Shown: in pieces, positions 27,591 through 36,856 of the stretch
Position numbering within the stretch: position 1 is the stretch's first letter
How the letters are laid out: every line of letters begins with the position of its first letter
Source of the DNA: Limisphaerales bacterium
Lineage (GTDB): Bacteria > Verrucomicrobiota > Verrucomicrobiia > Limisphaerales > JAYPXF01
DNA length: 64,000 nt
Direction: 5' to 3'
NCBI GenBank assembly: GCA_047608975.1
Contig: JBLFYM010000009.1
Coordinates: 15,826-79,825 of the forward strand
Program-made: the position numbers and the translations under genes
The notes under the pieces: model-generated
Database searches by the model: none
What the model saw: the letters and a program-made list of their open reading frames with translations, nothing else
Told to the model about the DNA's origin: nothing

Positions 27591-27874
27591 ATCCAACCAA
27601 CCATTGGAAAAAGCTCGCAGCTTGGGGCTGCCGAGGAGCGCCCACACCCACGGACGCCACTGCACCTTGCGGCTTCGCCTCTCGCGTGGCAGCACGTTGG
27701 GCGCGTGGCGATATCCAGACCGTCCCGAACCTCTGGGAACATTTCTCCCTCCGTTCCGTCGCCGTCGCCACCGTGATCATGCTGACAACGATCTCCCTGA
27801 ACTACGATCTGCTGACCGAAGGCATCACCCCTGACGTGGGGATCACAGATGCGATCGAAACCCCGCTCCTCTGA
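27587..27874 (+). CDS. Putative single-pass anti-sigma factor
   Basis: ATGA overlap with the sigma stop. 95 aa with a central TM helix (SVAVATVIMLTTISL). The call rests on position and topology, not on a recognised domain. Confidence 0.5.
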   Translation: MNPTNHWKKLAAWGCRGAPTPTDATAPCGFASRVAARWARGDIQTVPNLWEHFSLRSVAVATVIMLTTISLNYDLLTEGITPDVGITDAIETPLL

Positions 27875-27875
27875 C

Positions 27876-28448
27876 ATGAAGATGCCCACCTCTTTCAAAG
27901 TCATTGCCTCCCTCGTCGCAATCTTCGTCGCCGGTGCCGTCACCGGCTCGGTCATCACCTTTCAGGTCGTGAAACACGTCGTCAACGCCCGCACCAATCC
28001 CGATCAATGGTCCGGCCGCGTATTGCGGGAATACAAGCACCGCCTTGATCTCACTCCGGCACAGATGGATCAGATCAAACCGAAAATGATGACCGCCGGC
28101 CGGGAACTCAAATTTGCCCGCACCGAGTTCATGCAGAACTATTCCGCCATTCTCAGGGAAACCAACGAAGACATCTTCGTAGCCCTCACCCCCACTCAAC
28201 GCAAACACTTCAAACAATTCCGCCGCGAACAGATCGGAAAAATGCGGGCAAGGAATCCCAATCAGCAACCGCGTCCGCGTCCGATGCAGCAACTCCGCCC
28301 CGATCAGCGTGAATTGCAGAATCGCCGAATCGAAGGGGAGCGCAGTCGCGCAAACGGCACCAACCGAACGGGCACCGCTCACCCCAGCCGCAGCCTCAAA
28401 GAATTGAACCGGCGTCCTGAATTCGACAATACCCCCGTCGAAAAGTAG
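27876..28448 (+). CDS. Periplasmic LTXXQ-motif (CpxP/Spy-like) protein
   Basis: Start MKMPTSF at 27876, just after the upstream stop. TM/signal anchor and two LTxxQ motifs (LDLTPAQMDQI, ALTPTQRKHF). The C-terminal tail is basic and Q/R/P-rich. Confidence 0.65.
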   Translation: MKMPTSFKVIASLVAIFVAGAVTGSVITFQVVKHVVNARTNPDQWSGRVLREYKHRLDLTPAQMDQIKPKMMTAGRELKFARTEFMQNYSAILRETNEDIFVALTPTQRKHFKQFRREQIGKMRARNPNQQPRPRPMQQLRPDQRELQNRRIEGERSRANGTNRTGTAHPSRSLKELNRRPEFDNTPVEK

Positions 28449-28514
28449 CAGCCTCTCAATCATTCCCAAATTGCTTGGAGGCGCATCTCCACTCGCATAG
28501 GTTCTGTCCACATT

Positions 28515-29783
28515 ATGGCAGATCAGACAATCAAGATTGCACTTGTCGGCGCGGGTATGTTTGGCGGCGATGTCCACCTGCGAGCCTATGCCGATCTCCA
28601 ACGCTTCGGTTTGGCCGGCCAACTCGCGCGCCTCGGCCTCGACCACTGGACCAATGACATTGCTCCCGTGAAATTCGAACTCGTCGCCGTAGCAACGCGC
28701 TCCGAAAAATCCGCCAACAAATCAGCTGACCATTTCGAATCCATCACCGGACATCGCCCCGCCTGTTTTCATGGCGATGCACCGTGGGATGACATTCTTG
28801 AAGCGTACCCCGATCTGGACGTGATGGCCGTCGCCACCCCCGACCACCTTCACACTCCCGTCGTGCTGGCCGCGCTGAAAAGCAACGTTCATGTCATCAC
28901 CGAAAAACCCATGTGCCTCGCCCTGAGCGAAGCCGACGAAATCATCCACCTCGCCAAGGCCAACGATCGCATCGTCGCCGTGGACATGCACAAGCGCTAC
29001 GACCCGGATCATCTCCGAATCCGCGACGATATTTCAAAACGCATCGGCGATCCAATTTATGGAACGGCCTATCTGGAGGAGCCGTTGGAAGTTTCCACCA
29101 GCACATTCAAATGGGTGGAAGACAGCGATCCGTTCAGCTACGTGGGACCGCACTGGACAGATCTGATCCATCACTACTACCGAAGTCTCCCGGTCTCACT
29201 CACCGCCGTCGGTCAGAAGAAGCGATTGATACGACAGGGCATCGACGCCTTTGACGCCGTTCAGGTCCGTGTCGATTACGCCAACGGGATGAGTATCAAT
29301 TACCACAACAACTGGGTCACGCCCGAGGACTTCGAAGGCCCGGTCAACCAGGGGCATGAAATCGTCGGCACCGATGGCAAGGTCGAGAGCGATCAGCAGT
29401 ACCGCGGCCTCCGCTACTGGAACGCTGGAGGGGGAAGTCGCACGTCGAACAACCACTTTACCCGCGACGTCCGGCGCCCCGACGGATCAAATGCCTACAT
29501 CGGCTATGGAGTCGACAGTCTCACCGCTGGCATGGCCGTCATCTGTCGTTCCAAGTTTCAGTCCGCCACGCGTGATGAACTGGCGGAACTCTACCCAACC
29601 GCAGAAGACGCCCGCATCACCGTGGCGATCGTCGATGCGGCAGCTCACGTCAGAGATCTGAACTTTGCGTCGATACAGGCGGGAAAAGGCGCGCTCGCTA
29701 CCGCCCGGTTCGCTGACGGGATTACTATTTGCGATCCGAACTCGAATCCTGTTGAACGCGAGATTTATCCCCACGCGCTGTAG
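28515..29783 (+). CDS. Gfo/Idh/MocA-family NAD(P)-dependent oxidoreductase
   Basis: Rossmann N-terminus IKIALVGAGMFGG. The EKP motif VITEKPMCL is typical of this family. Confidence 0.85.
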   Translation: MADQTIKIALVGAGMFGGDVHLRAYADLQRFGLAGQLARLGLDHWTNDIAPVKFELVAVATRSEKSANKSADHFESITGHRPACFHGDAPWDDILEAYPDLDVMAVATPDHLHTPVVLAALKSNVHVITEKPMCLALSEADEIIHLAKANDRIVAVDMHKRYDPDHLRIRDDISKRIGDPIYGTAYLEEPLEVSTSTFKWVEDSDPFSYVGPHWTDLIHHYYRSLPVSLTAVGQKKRLIRQGIDAFDAVQVRVDYANGMSINYHNNWVTPEDFEGPVNQGHEIVGTDGKVESDQQYRGLRYWNAGGGSRTSNNHFTRDVRRPDGSNAYIGYGVDSLTAGMAVICRSKFQSATRDELAELYPTAEDARITVAIVDAAAHVRDLNFASIQAGKGALATARFADGITICDPNSNPVEREIYPHAL

Positions 29784-29807
29784 AACGGCCCCCCAAGTAT
29801 CCCCCAG

Positions 29808-30104
29808 ATGCTCCCTCACCCCATTGGATTACTTCGATTCGTCGGCATCATCGAAGGAGTATCATTTCTCATTCTCCTATTCATCGCGATGCCGTTGAAA
29901 TACATGGCCGACCAACCCCTGGCGGTTCGAATTGTCGGAATGGCCCACGGCGTTCTGTTCCTCGCCTATATCGGCGTTCTGATCCGCGCCAAAATTCACG
30001 CGAAATGGACACTGAAACGAACCGCCGCCTTGCTGATAGCCGCACTCCTGCCATTCGGTCCGTTCATAGTCGATCGCAGACTGAAGAAAGAACAGGCGAG
30101 GTAA
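29808..30104 (+). CDS. DUF3817-type small membrane protein
   Basis: 98 aa with three TM helices. LLRFVGIIEGVSFLILLFIAMPLKY...GMAHGVLFLAYI matches my memory of DUF3817. Confidence 0.7.
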   Translation: MLPHPIGLLRFVGIIEGVSFLILLFIAMPLKYMADQPLAVRIVGMAHGVLFLAYIGVLIRAKIHAKWTLKRTAALLIAALLPFGPFIVDRRLKKEQAR

Positions 30105-30221
30105 GATGCACCATCCCCGCTGCTCTCCAAAAGTGCAATGTGGCGGCGAGCGTGAGCGAGTGGACCTTAGGTCAACCGCGTCGTTCTTTCTCCACACCCA
30201 TTGGGGCATCAAAAACGACAG

Positions 30222-30716
30222 CTACAAACTGCGCCGAATCCACTCGATGTAGTAATCCGGCCCCTCCGCTCCATACCCGGATATCTTGCTCACGAACGTT
30301 CCATCGCTCCGCAATACCGCCAGCAACGGATATCCGCCTTCCGCATCAAGTTGTGCGAACAATTGAAATTCAACAACCTCCTGCCGGGCGGGATCCTCTC
30401 CCAATATAGGAAACGTATATTTGCGAACAATCAGCTGCTCTTTCGCAAAAATTTTCCAAGCCGGTTTCGAAAACACGCCTTCCTCCAAGGCACGACAGGG
30501 CGGACAGCTCACCAACGAGTAATATAGCAAAATCACGCGATCCGAATCCGCCGCCTCTTTAACTTTCTGACTCAGCTCTGAACGGAGAGTCTCGTCGAGA
30601 CGCAAAGATTTGAGCGGCAGGCTAAGCGAGTCCTCATCCGGCGCGAGGACGTAGGAAAGTGTGACCAGATAGATCGCCACCACGATCACCCCGAAGACAA
30701 TCCAAGTTCGTTTCAT
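30222..30716 (-). CDS. Membrane-anchored thioredoxin-fold protein with a CPPC active site
   Basis: N-terminal TM helix (WIVFGVIVVAIYLVTL), then ILLYYSLVSCPPCRALE. The start overlaps the DUF1501 stop by 4 nt. Confidence 0.75.
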   Translation of the reverse strand: MKRTWIVFGVIVVAIYLVTLSYVLAPDEDSLSLPLKSLRLDETLRSELSQKVKEAADSDRVILLYYSLVSCPPCRALEEGVFSKPAWKIFAKEQLIVRKYTFPILGEDPARQEVVEFQLFAQLDAEGGYPLLAVLRSDGTFVSKISGYGAEGPDYYIEWIRRSL

Positions 30717-32164
30717 GCCAGAACCTCCTTCACAACGCGCCCATACAGATCTGTCATCCGATAATCGCGCCCCTGAAAGCGGTGAGTCAGGGTTTCATGA
30801 TCAATTCCCAACTGATGAAACATCGTGGCGTAGAGGTCATACACCGACATCGGATCCGCAGCTATGTTGAAGCACCAATCATCAGTCGCACCGTGACTCA
30901 TTCCCGCCTTCACCCCGCCGCCCGCCATCCACATGGTGAAACAACGACCGTGATGATCGCGACCGAACTTCGCCATGCTCGGATTCGAACCTTGCGAAAA
31001 AACAGACCGACCAAATTCACCACCCCAGATCACCAGGGTATCATCCAGCAGCCCGCGTGATTTGAGATCACTGATCAAAGCCGCCGTGGCCTGATCAGTC
31101 TGACCACACTGCCGTGGGATGTCCTCAGGAATGTTGAAGTGGGCATCCCATCCACGATGAAACAACTGGATGAATCGCACGTCCCGCTCGGCCAATCGCC
31201 GGGCCAGCAGACAATTGTAGGCATAAGTCCCCTGCTCCCTCGCATCTGCGCCATACAAGTCAAAGGTCGCATCTGACTCACCCGACAGATCGGTGAGTTC
31301 CGGAACCGACGTCTGCATCCGAAACGCCATTTCGTATTGCGCGATTCGAGTGCGAATCTCCGGGTCTCGATACTCCTGAAAATTCGCTTCGTTCAGTCGG
31401 GCGATGGCATCCAAAGTCTTTCGCCTCAGATCGCGGGACATCCCGGCCGGATTATTGAGATACAGAACCGGTTCCGTCGCGCCACCAAACCGGACTCCCT
31501 GAAATGTGGACGGCAAAAAGGAACTCCCCCACATCCGGTCATAGATCGGAATGCTGCTTGGTTTCCCATTTGAAACCATCACCACGAATGCCGGCAGATT
31601 CTGATTCTCGCTCCCCAGCCCGTAAGACACCCAGGCACCCGCGCTCGGGCGGCCCGGAAACTGCAGACAGCTCTGCATGAATGTCGCCGCCGCATCGTGA
31701 TCAATCTGCGGCGTGTTCATCGACTTGATCACGCAGAGATCGTCAATGACGCGGGCCGTGTGCGGCAACAAATCCGATACCCATGAGCCGTTCTGCCCAT
31801 GCTGCTTAAATCCCCACGGAGATCTCATCACCGGAAAACTCGCCTGCCCCGCCGTCATGCCGGTCAGCCGCTGATCCCCCACGACGGACTTGGGAATCTC
31901 CTGTCCATGCACCGTGTCGAGAAACGGCTTGTAATCGAAGGTCTCCATCTGCGATGGACCACCGTGCTGAAACAGAAATATGACCCGCTTCGCCTTGGGG
32001 GCGAATTGAGGAAACCTCGGCGGCAAGGGATTCAGTCCACCATCCTTTGCCAGAAGATCCTGTTTCAACAGATCCCCCAGCGCTGCCGCACCAACGCCAC
32101 CCGTCATGCGGCCGAAGAAGCTACGGCGCGACATCACATTCCGGAATGTGTCCTGCGGATTCAT
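30713..32164 (-). CDS. DUF1501 (sulfatase-like) protein with a Tat signal
   Basis: RRSFFGRMTGGVGAAAL, KRVIFLFQHGGPSQMETFDYKP, and the C-terminal GGEFGR...GRDHH motif. Confidence 0.85.
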   Translation of the reverse strand: MNPQDTFRNVMSRRSFFGRMTGGVGAAALGDLLKQDLLAKDGGLNPLPPRFPQFAPKAKRVIFLFQHGGPSQMETFDYKPFLDTVHGQEIPKSVVGDQRLTGMTAGQASFPVMRSPWGFKQHGQNGSWVSDLLPHTARVIDDLCVIKSMNTPQIDHDAAATFMQSCLQFPGRPSAGAWVSYGLGSENQNLPAFVVMVSNGKPSSIPIYDRMWGSSFLPSTFQGVRFGGATEPVLYLNNPAGMSRDLRRKTLDAIARLNEANFQEYRDPEIRTRIAQYEMAFRMQTSVPELTDLSGESDATFDLYGADAREQGTYAYNCLLARRLAERDVRFIQLFHRGWDAHFNIPEDIPRQCGQTDQATAALISDLKSRGLLDDTLVIWGGEFGRSVFSQGSNPSMAKFGRDHHGRCFTMWMAGGGVKAGMSHGATDDWCFNIAADPMSVYDLYATMFHQLGIDHETLTHRFQGRDYRMTDLYGRVVKEVLA

Positions 32165-34983
32165 TCTTTGCTTAGGGTCGTGTCGAGATTCAACAACACG
32201 TTGGCTACTGTCACATAGGCGGCCAATTCGACGGAATCCAGAACCTCACCGGGCTCAAGCGCAGCCAACTCATCCGCAGCGCTTCGATCGTTCCGGAATT
32301 CGTTGTGCGCGGCATTCCAAGCGTCCTGCAATACATCCAGCTCGATCCCCCTCGCAGCGCGGGACGTTGCGAGTTTCAGACCGAATCTCAGACGCGAGCG
32401 CAGATCACCAGCCGAGGCCATCATCCTGCGCCCCAGACCTTGGGCCGCATCCACAAAGCCACGCTCATTGAGCGCAGCCAACGCCTGCAAAGGTGTGTTC
32501 GTTCGCCTCGCCCCAACGCTGCAAAACTCACGGTCCGGGGCATCGAACAAAAACAGACTTGGCGGCGCGATCGCCCGACGCCAATAGGTGTAAAGACTTC
32601 GACGGAAAAGATCTTTCCCGGTTGAAGACTCATACGCCCGGTTGCTGGTAAGCCGCCACCGGCCTTCCGGTTGATGTGGAAACACCGAATCCCCTCCAAC
32701 TGTGCCATCCAACAATCCTCCAATTGACAAGGCCTGGTCGCGCAATACCGCTGCGGAGAGCCGATGCCTCGGGCCACGTGAAAGGAATCGATTCTGCGGA
32801 TCACGCTTCCAACTTTCGGAAGTGCCCGATGATGACTGTCGGTAAGTTGAACTCGTCACGATCAACCGAATCAGCGCTTTCAGATCCCAACCCGAACGAA
32901 CGAACTCAGTTGCCAGCCAATCTAGCAATTCCGCCTGAACGGGCCGGGGAGACTGCACTCCGAAATTCTCTGGAGTCTCGACGAACCCAAGACCGAACAA
33001 GTGCTGCCACACGCGGTTCACTGCCACCCGGGCGGTGAGCGGATTTCTGCCATCCACGAGCCAACGCGCGAACCCAAGTCGGTTGCGTGGCTGTCCTGCG
33101 GCCATCGGCGGCAGAATCTTTGGAGTAGCCGCGACAACCCTGGCTCCGAGCTGATCGTATTGACCACGAATACGCATGTGACTCCGTTTCCCAGGTCCTT
33201 CCACCATCACCATCGTCGTTGGCAGTTTGCCGACAAACTCACGGCGGATCGTCTTCGTGGCATCAAGATTCGCGACCGCATTTCGAATCTCCACACTCGC
33301 ACCAGTTCCGAGGAAACACTCGCGAATCAACTGCATCTGCGCGGGGGATCTCCGATTTGTCGAGATACCCGCGATCTGCGGAATCGTTTGCTTCACAGCG
33401 AGCATCGCAACTTCCGCTGCACCGAGATCCCGGCGGTAGAATCGCAATTCGTCAATCGCTCCACGAAATCCCGGCGCGATTTCACTGTAGCCGAGGAAGA
33501 GCGGCTCCTGGATCTTCTTACCATCTATCGCGCTGTCCTGAATCACTCGGATCGGTGCCTCCTGACCATTCAGATAGACATGGTAGGCCAGCAATTGGAC
33601 CCGTCCGTCGCAGGTCAACGCGAAGTGATACCAGTGATTACGTTTCAGTTGCTCCTTCAATTCGAACCAGGTGACTGCGTAGTTCCAACGCGACGACAAC
33701 ATGAACCGAAGTTTCCGTTTTTTGATCTCAACAACCGTCCCCATCCGCAGATCATCCGGGTCGTTGAGTTCTGAAAGAATCACGCCATCGCGCAAATCAT
33801 CCGCCTTGAACCAGAACGAAACCGTGAACCGATCCCGCCCCCAGAGATTGCCAACCTTCTTGTCGAACTCGTAGTAGGAGCGACCGTCGAACTTCATCGC
33901 GCTTCCCAGAACACCCGGAACGAACCGGACCTGTCCCCGTTGGGACTTTCCTTTTGGTTCCATGTCATCAAGCGGGAAGTGGTTCACCAAGCCCTTGGGG
34001 ATGATCCTGTAGGTAGTGCTCGCTTGAATGGCACCTTCCCAATTCACTTGCCCAGCCGCGATCTGCGGCTCCAATTCAGTCAGCTTTTGCTGAGCCTGAT
34101 CCACGTCGGAATCAAGGTGGCGAAGCTCTTGACCTTGCTCACGGGTCGGCGTTTTGACGCGCGGATGCGAGTTGAAGAGGATGGCCTGCCCGTTCTCCGG
34201 CACCTGGTCGAAGAACGCGAGCATCTCGAAGTATTCCCGGGAAGTAATCGGATCAAACTTATGATCGTGGCAGCGAGCGCAGACCATGGTCAGGCCTAAC
34301 CACACGGTGGCCGTCGTTTCGAGCCGGTCAGCCGCGTTTTCAAAAAGAGACTCTGCCTGAATCGTTCCGCTCCCCTTGTCATACCGATGATTACGATTGA
34401 AGCCAGTGGCCAGAATCTGATCCGGGGTAGGCTTGGGAAGCAGATCCCCCGCGATTTGTTCGATCGTGAACTGGTCATATGGCAGGTTACGGTTAAACGC
34501 CTCGATCACCCATTCCCGCCACCGCCACATATGACGCTGCGCATCGCTCTGAAACCCATCCGTGTCCGCGAATCGCGCCGCCTCCATCCAGCCCCACGCG
34601 AAATGCTCACCAAATCGCGGCGAAGCCAGAAAGCGATCCACCAGACGCTCGTAAGCTCCGGAAGAGCGATCCGCTTGAAACTCCGCCAACTCACCTGCCG
34701 AAGCCGGCAAACCACGGAGATCCAACGAAAGCCGCCGGATCAGAATAGCCCGCGACGCCTCCGCCTGAGGCATCCAAGAACGCGGGCCCATCCGTGCCCG
34801 CGCAATTCGATCAACAGCGTTTCGACACCAGTCCAGATCAACCGTCGGTAGTGCCGATCGAACCGGCTGACTGAACGCCCAGTGCGCTTCCCCATCCCCA
34901 CTGGTCCCACTCGCCGGCCCAGCAACGCCAAGCGAAGCCAGCGAGAACACAAACAGCAGATTGATTGGCAGACAGCCGGGCAT
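32161..34983 (-). CDS. DUF1549/DUF1553 (PSD1-type) protein with an inserted LamG-like domain
   Basis: DUF1549 strings (IRRLSLDLRGLPAS, FLASPRFGEHFA, CARCHDHKFDPI). A LamG-like insertion (FRGAIDELRFYRRDLGAAEVAML). A DUF1553 C-terminus (TCVGRRERTNTPLQAL-like: CSVGARRTNTPLQAL). Confidence 0.85.
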   Translation of the reverse strand: MPGCLPINLLFVFSLASLGVAGPASGTSGDGEAHWAFSQPVRSALPTVDLDWCRNAVDRIARARMGPRSWMPQAEASRAILIRRLSLDLRGLPASAGELAEFQADRSSGAYERLVDRFLASPRFGEHFAWGWMEAARFADTDGFQSDAQRHMWRWREWVIEAFNRNLPYDQFTIEQIAGDLLPKPTPDQILATGFNRNHRYDKGSGTIQAESLFENAADRLETTATVWLGLTMVCARCHDHKFDPITSREYFEMLAFFDQVPENGQAILFNSHPRVKTPTREQGQELRHLDSDVDQAQQKLTELEPQIAAGQVNWEGAIQASTTYRIIPKGLVNHFPLDDMEPKGKSQRGQVRFVPGVLGSAMKFDGRSYYEFDKKVGNLWGRDRFTVSFWFKADDLRDGVILSELNDPDDLRMGTVVEIKKRKLRFMLSSRWNYAVTWFELKEQLKRNHWYHFALTCDGRVQLLAYHVYLNGQEAPIRVIQDSAIDGKKIQEPLFLGYSEIAPGFRGAIDELRFYRRDLGAAEVAMLAVKQTIPQIAGISTNRRSPAQMQLIRECFLGTGASVEIRNAVANLDATKTIRREFVGKLPTTMVMVEGPGKRSHMRIRGQYDQLGARVVAATPKILPPMAAGQPRNRLGFARWLVDGRNPLTARVAVNRVWQHLFGLGFVETPENFGVQSPRPVQAELLDWLATEFVRSGWDLKALIRLIVTSSTYRQSSSGTSESWKRDPQNRFLSRGPRHRLSAAVLRDQALSIGGLLDGTVGGDSVFPHQPEGRWRLTSNRAYESSTGKDLFRRSLYTYWRRAIAPPSLFLFDAPDREFCSVGARRTNTPLQALAALNERGFVDAAQGLGRRMMASAGDLRSRLRFGLKLATSRAARGIELDVLQDAWNAAHNEFRNDRSAADELAALEPGEVLDSVELAAYVTVANVLLNLDTTLSKE

Positions 34984-35418
34984 AAATCAGAACTATAGTT
35001 CCGACGCCAGTTCTTGCACAGAATTTCATGGAAATCCGTTGCCCCCGTGTCGCCCCACGCTGGTGCAAAGATTAGCTTCAACGGAGACGAGCCGGAGGGG
35101 ATGTCCCACCACTTCTGGAGAGCTCGACTACGGGATGTGAAGTGCACATCAAATGGAGAACGAAAAGCATAGGCAAAGAAATGGGGAATTCTCCTCAATG
35201 GATCCTATTCCGCGGCCCAACATTCCTTTGCCTGCTCAGGAAGTTTGGAGCTGAAGAGGTGACCCTATGAAGCAAAACAAGCTACGGTAGCAGCCGACCT
35301 GAGGCGGCTCAAACTCAACTGCGAAACACGCGAATAAATAACGAACAATTTTTATCCATCCATAAATGCCACAGTTTCCCTCTATTTTTTTCAGTGTCAG
35401 GAGCCAAGGCTTCAATCG

Positions 35419-36855
35419 CTAGGATACTATTCCGTTCACGACCTGTCCGTGAACATCCGTCAGGCGGAAGTCGCGTCCGGAGTAGCGGTAGGTGAGGCGT
35501 TTGTGATCAAGGCCAAACTGATGAAGGATCGTGGCGTGGAGATCGGGCATGGAGATCGGATTCGTCGCTGTTGCCAGTCCAAATTCGTCGGTGGATCCGT
35601 AGACTGAGCCGGCCTTCACACCGCCCCCGGCCATCCAAATTGTGTAGCCGTCAATGTGATGGTCCCGCCCTACCCGGTTGGGGTCGGTGATTTTGCCTTG
35701 AATCGTGGAGGTTCGTCCCATTTCACCGCCCCAGATGACAAGTGTGTCATCGAGCATGCCACGGGATTTGAGATCAGTGAGCAGTGCGGCGATCGGTTGA
35801 TCAGTATCCGCGCAGAGTGCCTTCAAGCGAGGGATGATTCCGCTGTGGTTGTCCCAAGGTTGGCCGCCGCCGTAATACGCCTGCACGTAACGCACGCCAC
35901 GTTCGGCGAGTCGTCGTGCCATGAGCAGGTTCCGGCCCTGCGTTGTATCGCCATACATCTCCCGAATGGAGGCGGGTTCTTTGGTTACGTCGAACGCATC
36001 CGTCGCGGCGCTTTGCATGCGAAAGGCCAGTTCCATCGAATGTATCCGGCTGTTCAGGCGCTCATCCTCGGGGCGACGTCGCAGGTGGTGTTCGTTGAAG
36101 AAACGGGTGAGCGCAATCTGGGAACGTTGTGATCCTGAGCGGATGTCGTCGCGGGTGAGATGCGGTATCAGTTCCGCGCCCTTGCTCGCCGTTTCGATGT
36201 GTGTGCCTTGGTAGACGCCGGGAAGAAATGAACTTGTCCAATTGCGGGATTGCGCAGTGGGCATACCATTGGGGATCAGGACAACGTATCCCGGAAGGTT
36301 TTCGCTTTCTGTGCCCAGGCCGTAGAGCAGCCAGGAACCGATGCTCGGCCGGGGCAAGGTCGAGTGGCCGGTATTCGTCAGCAACAGTCCAGGCGAGTGA
36401 TTCGCAACTTCACCCACCATGGATCGGATGACGCATAAATCGTCGGCATGACGGGCGACGTTGGGAAAAAGCTCGCTGATGTCCTGACCGCTTTGCCCCC
36501 GCTTACTGAACTCGAATGGTGAAGCGAAGATACTTCCGACCCGGCCACGCTGGGTGCGTTGCAACCGATTTTTGACACTGTCTGGGAGCGGTTTGCCGTG
36601 CAACGCGGCCAACTCCGGTTTCGGATCGAAGGTGTCGATCTGCGAGGGACCGCCATTCATGAAGAGATGAATCACCCGTTTGGCTTTGGCCGGGAAGTGG
36701 GGTTGGCGAACTGCCAGCGGGGCTGTTGATTGCACAGCGGAATCCGGTGCCACATTCGCCATCAGATCCGATGCGGCGGCGGCACCCAAGCCGATCCCTG
36801 CCTGTTGGAGCCAGTCGCGTCGGTTGAGATTGAAGGGCTGGTCCTGGTTCTTCAT
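35419..36855 (-). CDS. DUF1501 (sulfatase-like) protein with a Tat-like signal
   Basis: NRRDWLQQAGIGLGAAAA, KRVIHLFMNGGPSQIDTFDPKP, GGEMGRT...GRDHH. Confidence 0.85.
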   Translation of the reverse strand: MKNQDQPFNLNRRDWLQQAGIGLGAAAASDLMANVAPDSAVQSTAPLAVRQPHFPAKAKRVIHLFMNGGPSQIDTFDPKPELAALHGKPLPDSVKNRLQRTQRGRVGSIFASPFEFSKRGQSGQDISELFPNVARHADDLCVIRSMVGEVANHSPGLLLTNTGHSTLPRPSIGSWLLYGLGTESENLPGYVVLIPNGMPTAQSRNWTSSFLPGVYQGTHIETASKGAELIPHLTRDDIRSGSQRSQIALTRFFNEHHLRRRPEDERLNSRIHSMELAFRMQSAATDAFDVTKEPASIREMYGDTTQGRNLLMARRLAERGVRYVQAYYGGGQPWDNHSGIIPRLKALCADTDQPIAALLTDLKSRGMLDDTLVIWGGEMGRTSTIQGKITDPNRVGRDHHIDGYTIWMAGGGVKAGSVYGSTDEFGLATATNPISMPDLHATILHQFGLDHKRLTYRYSGRDFRLTDVHGQVVNGIVS

Positions 36856-36856
36856 G

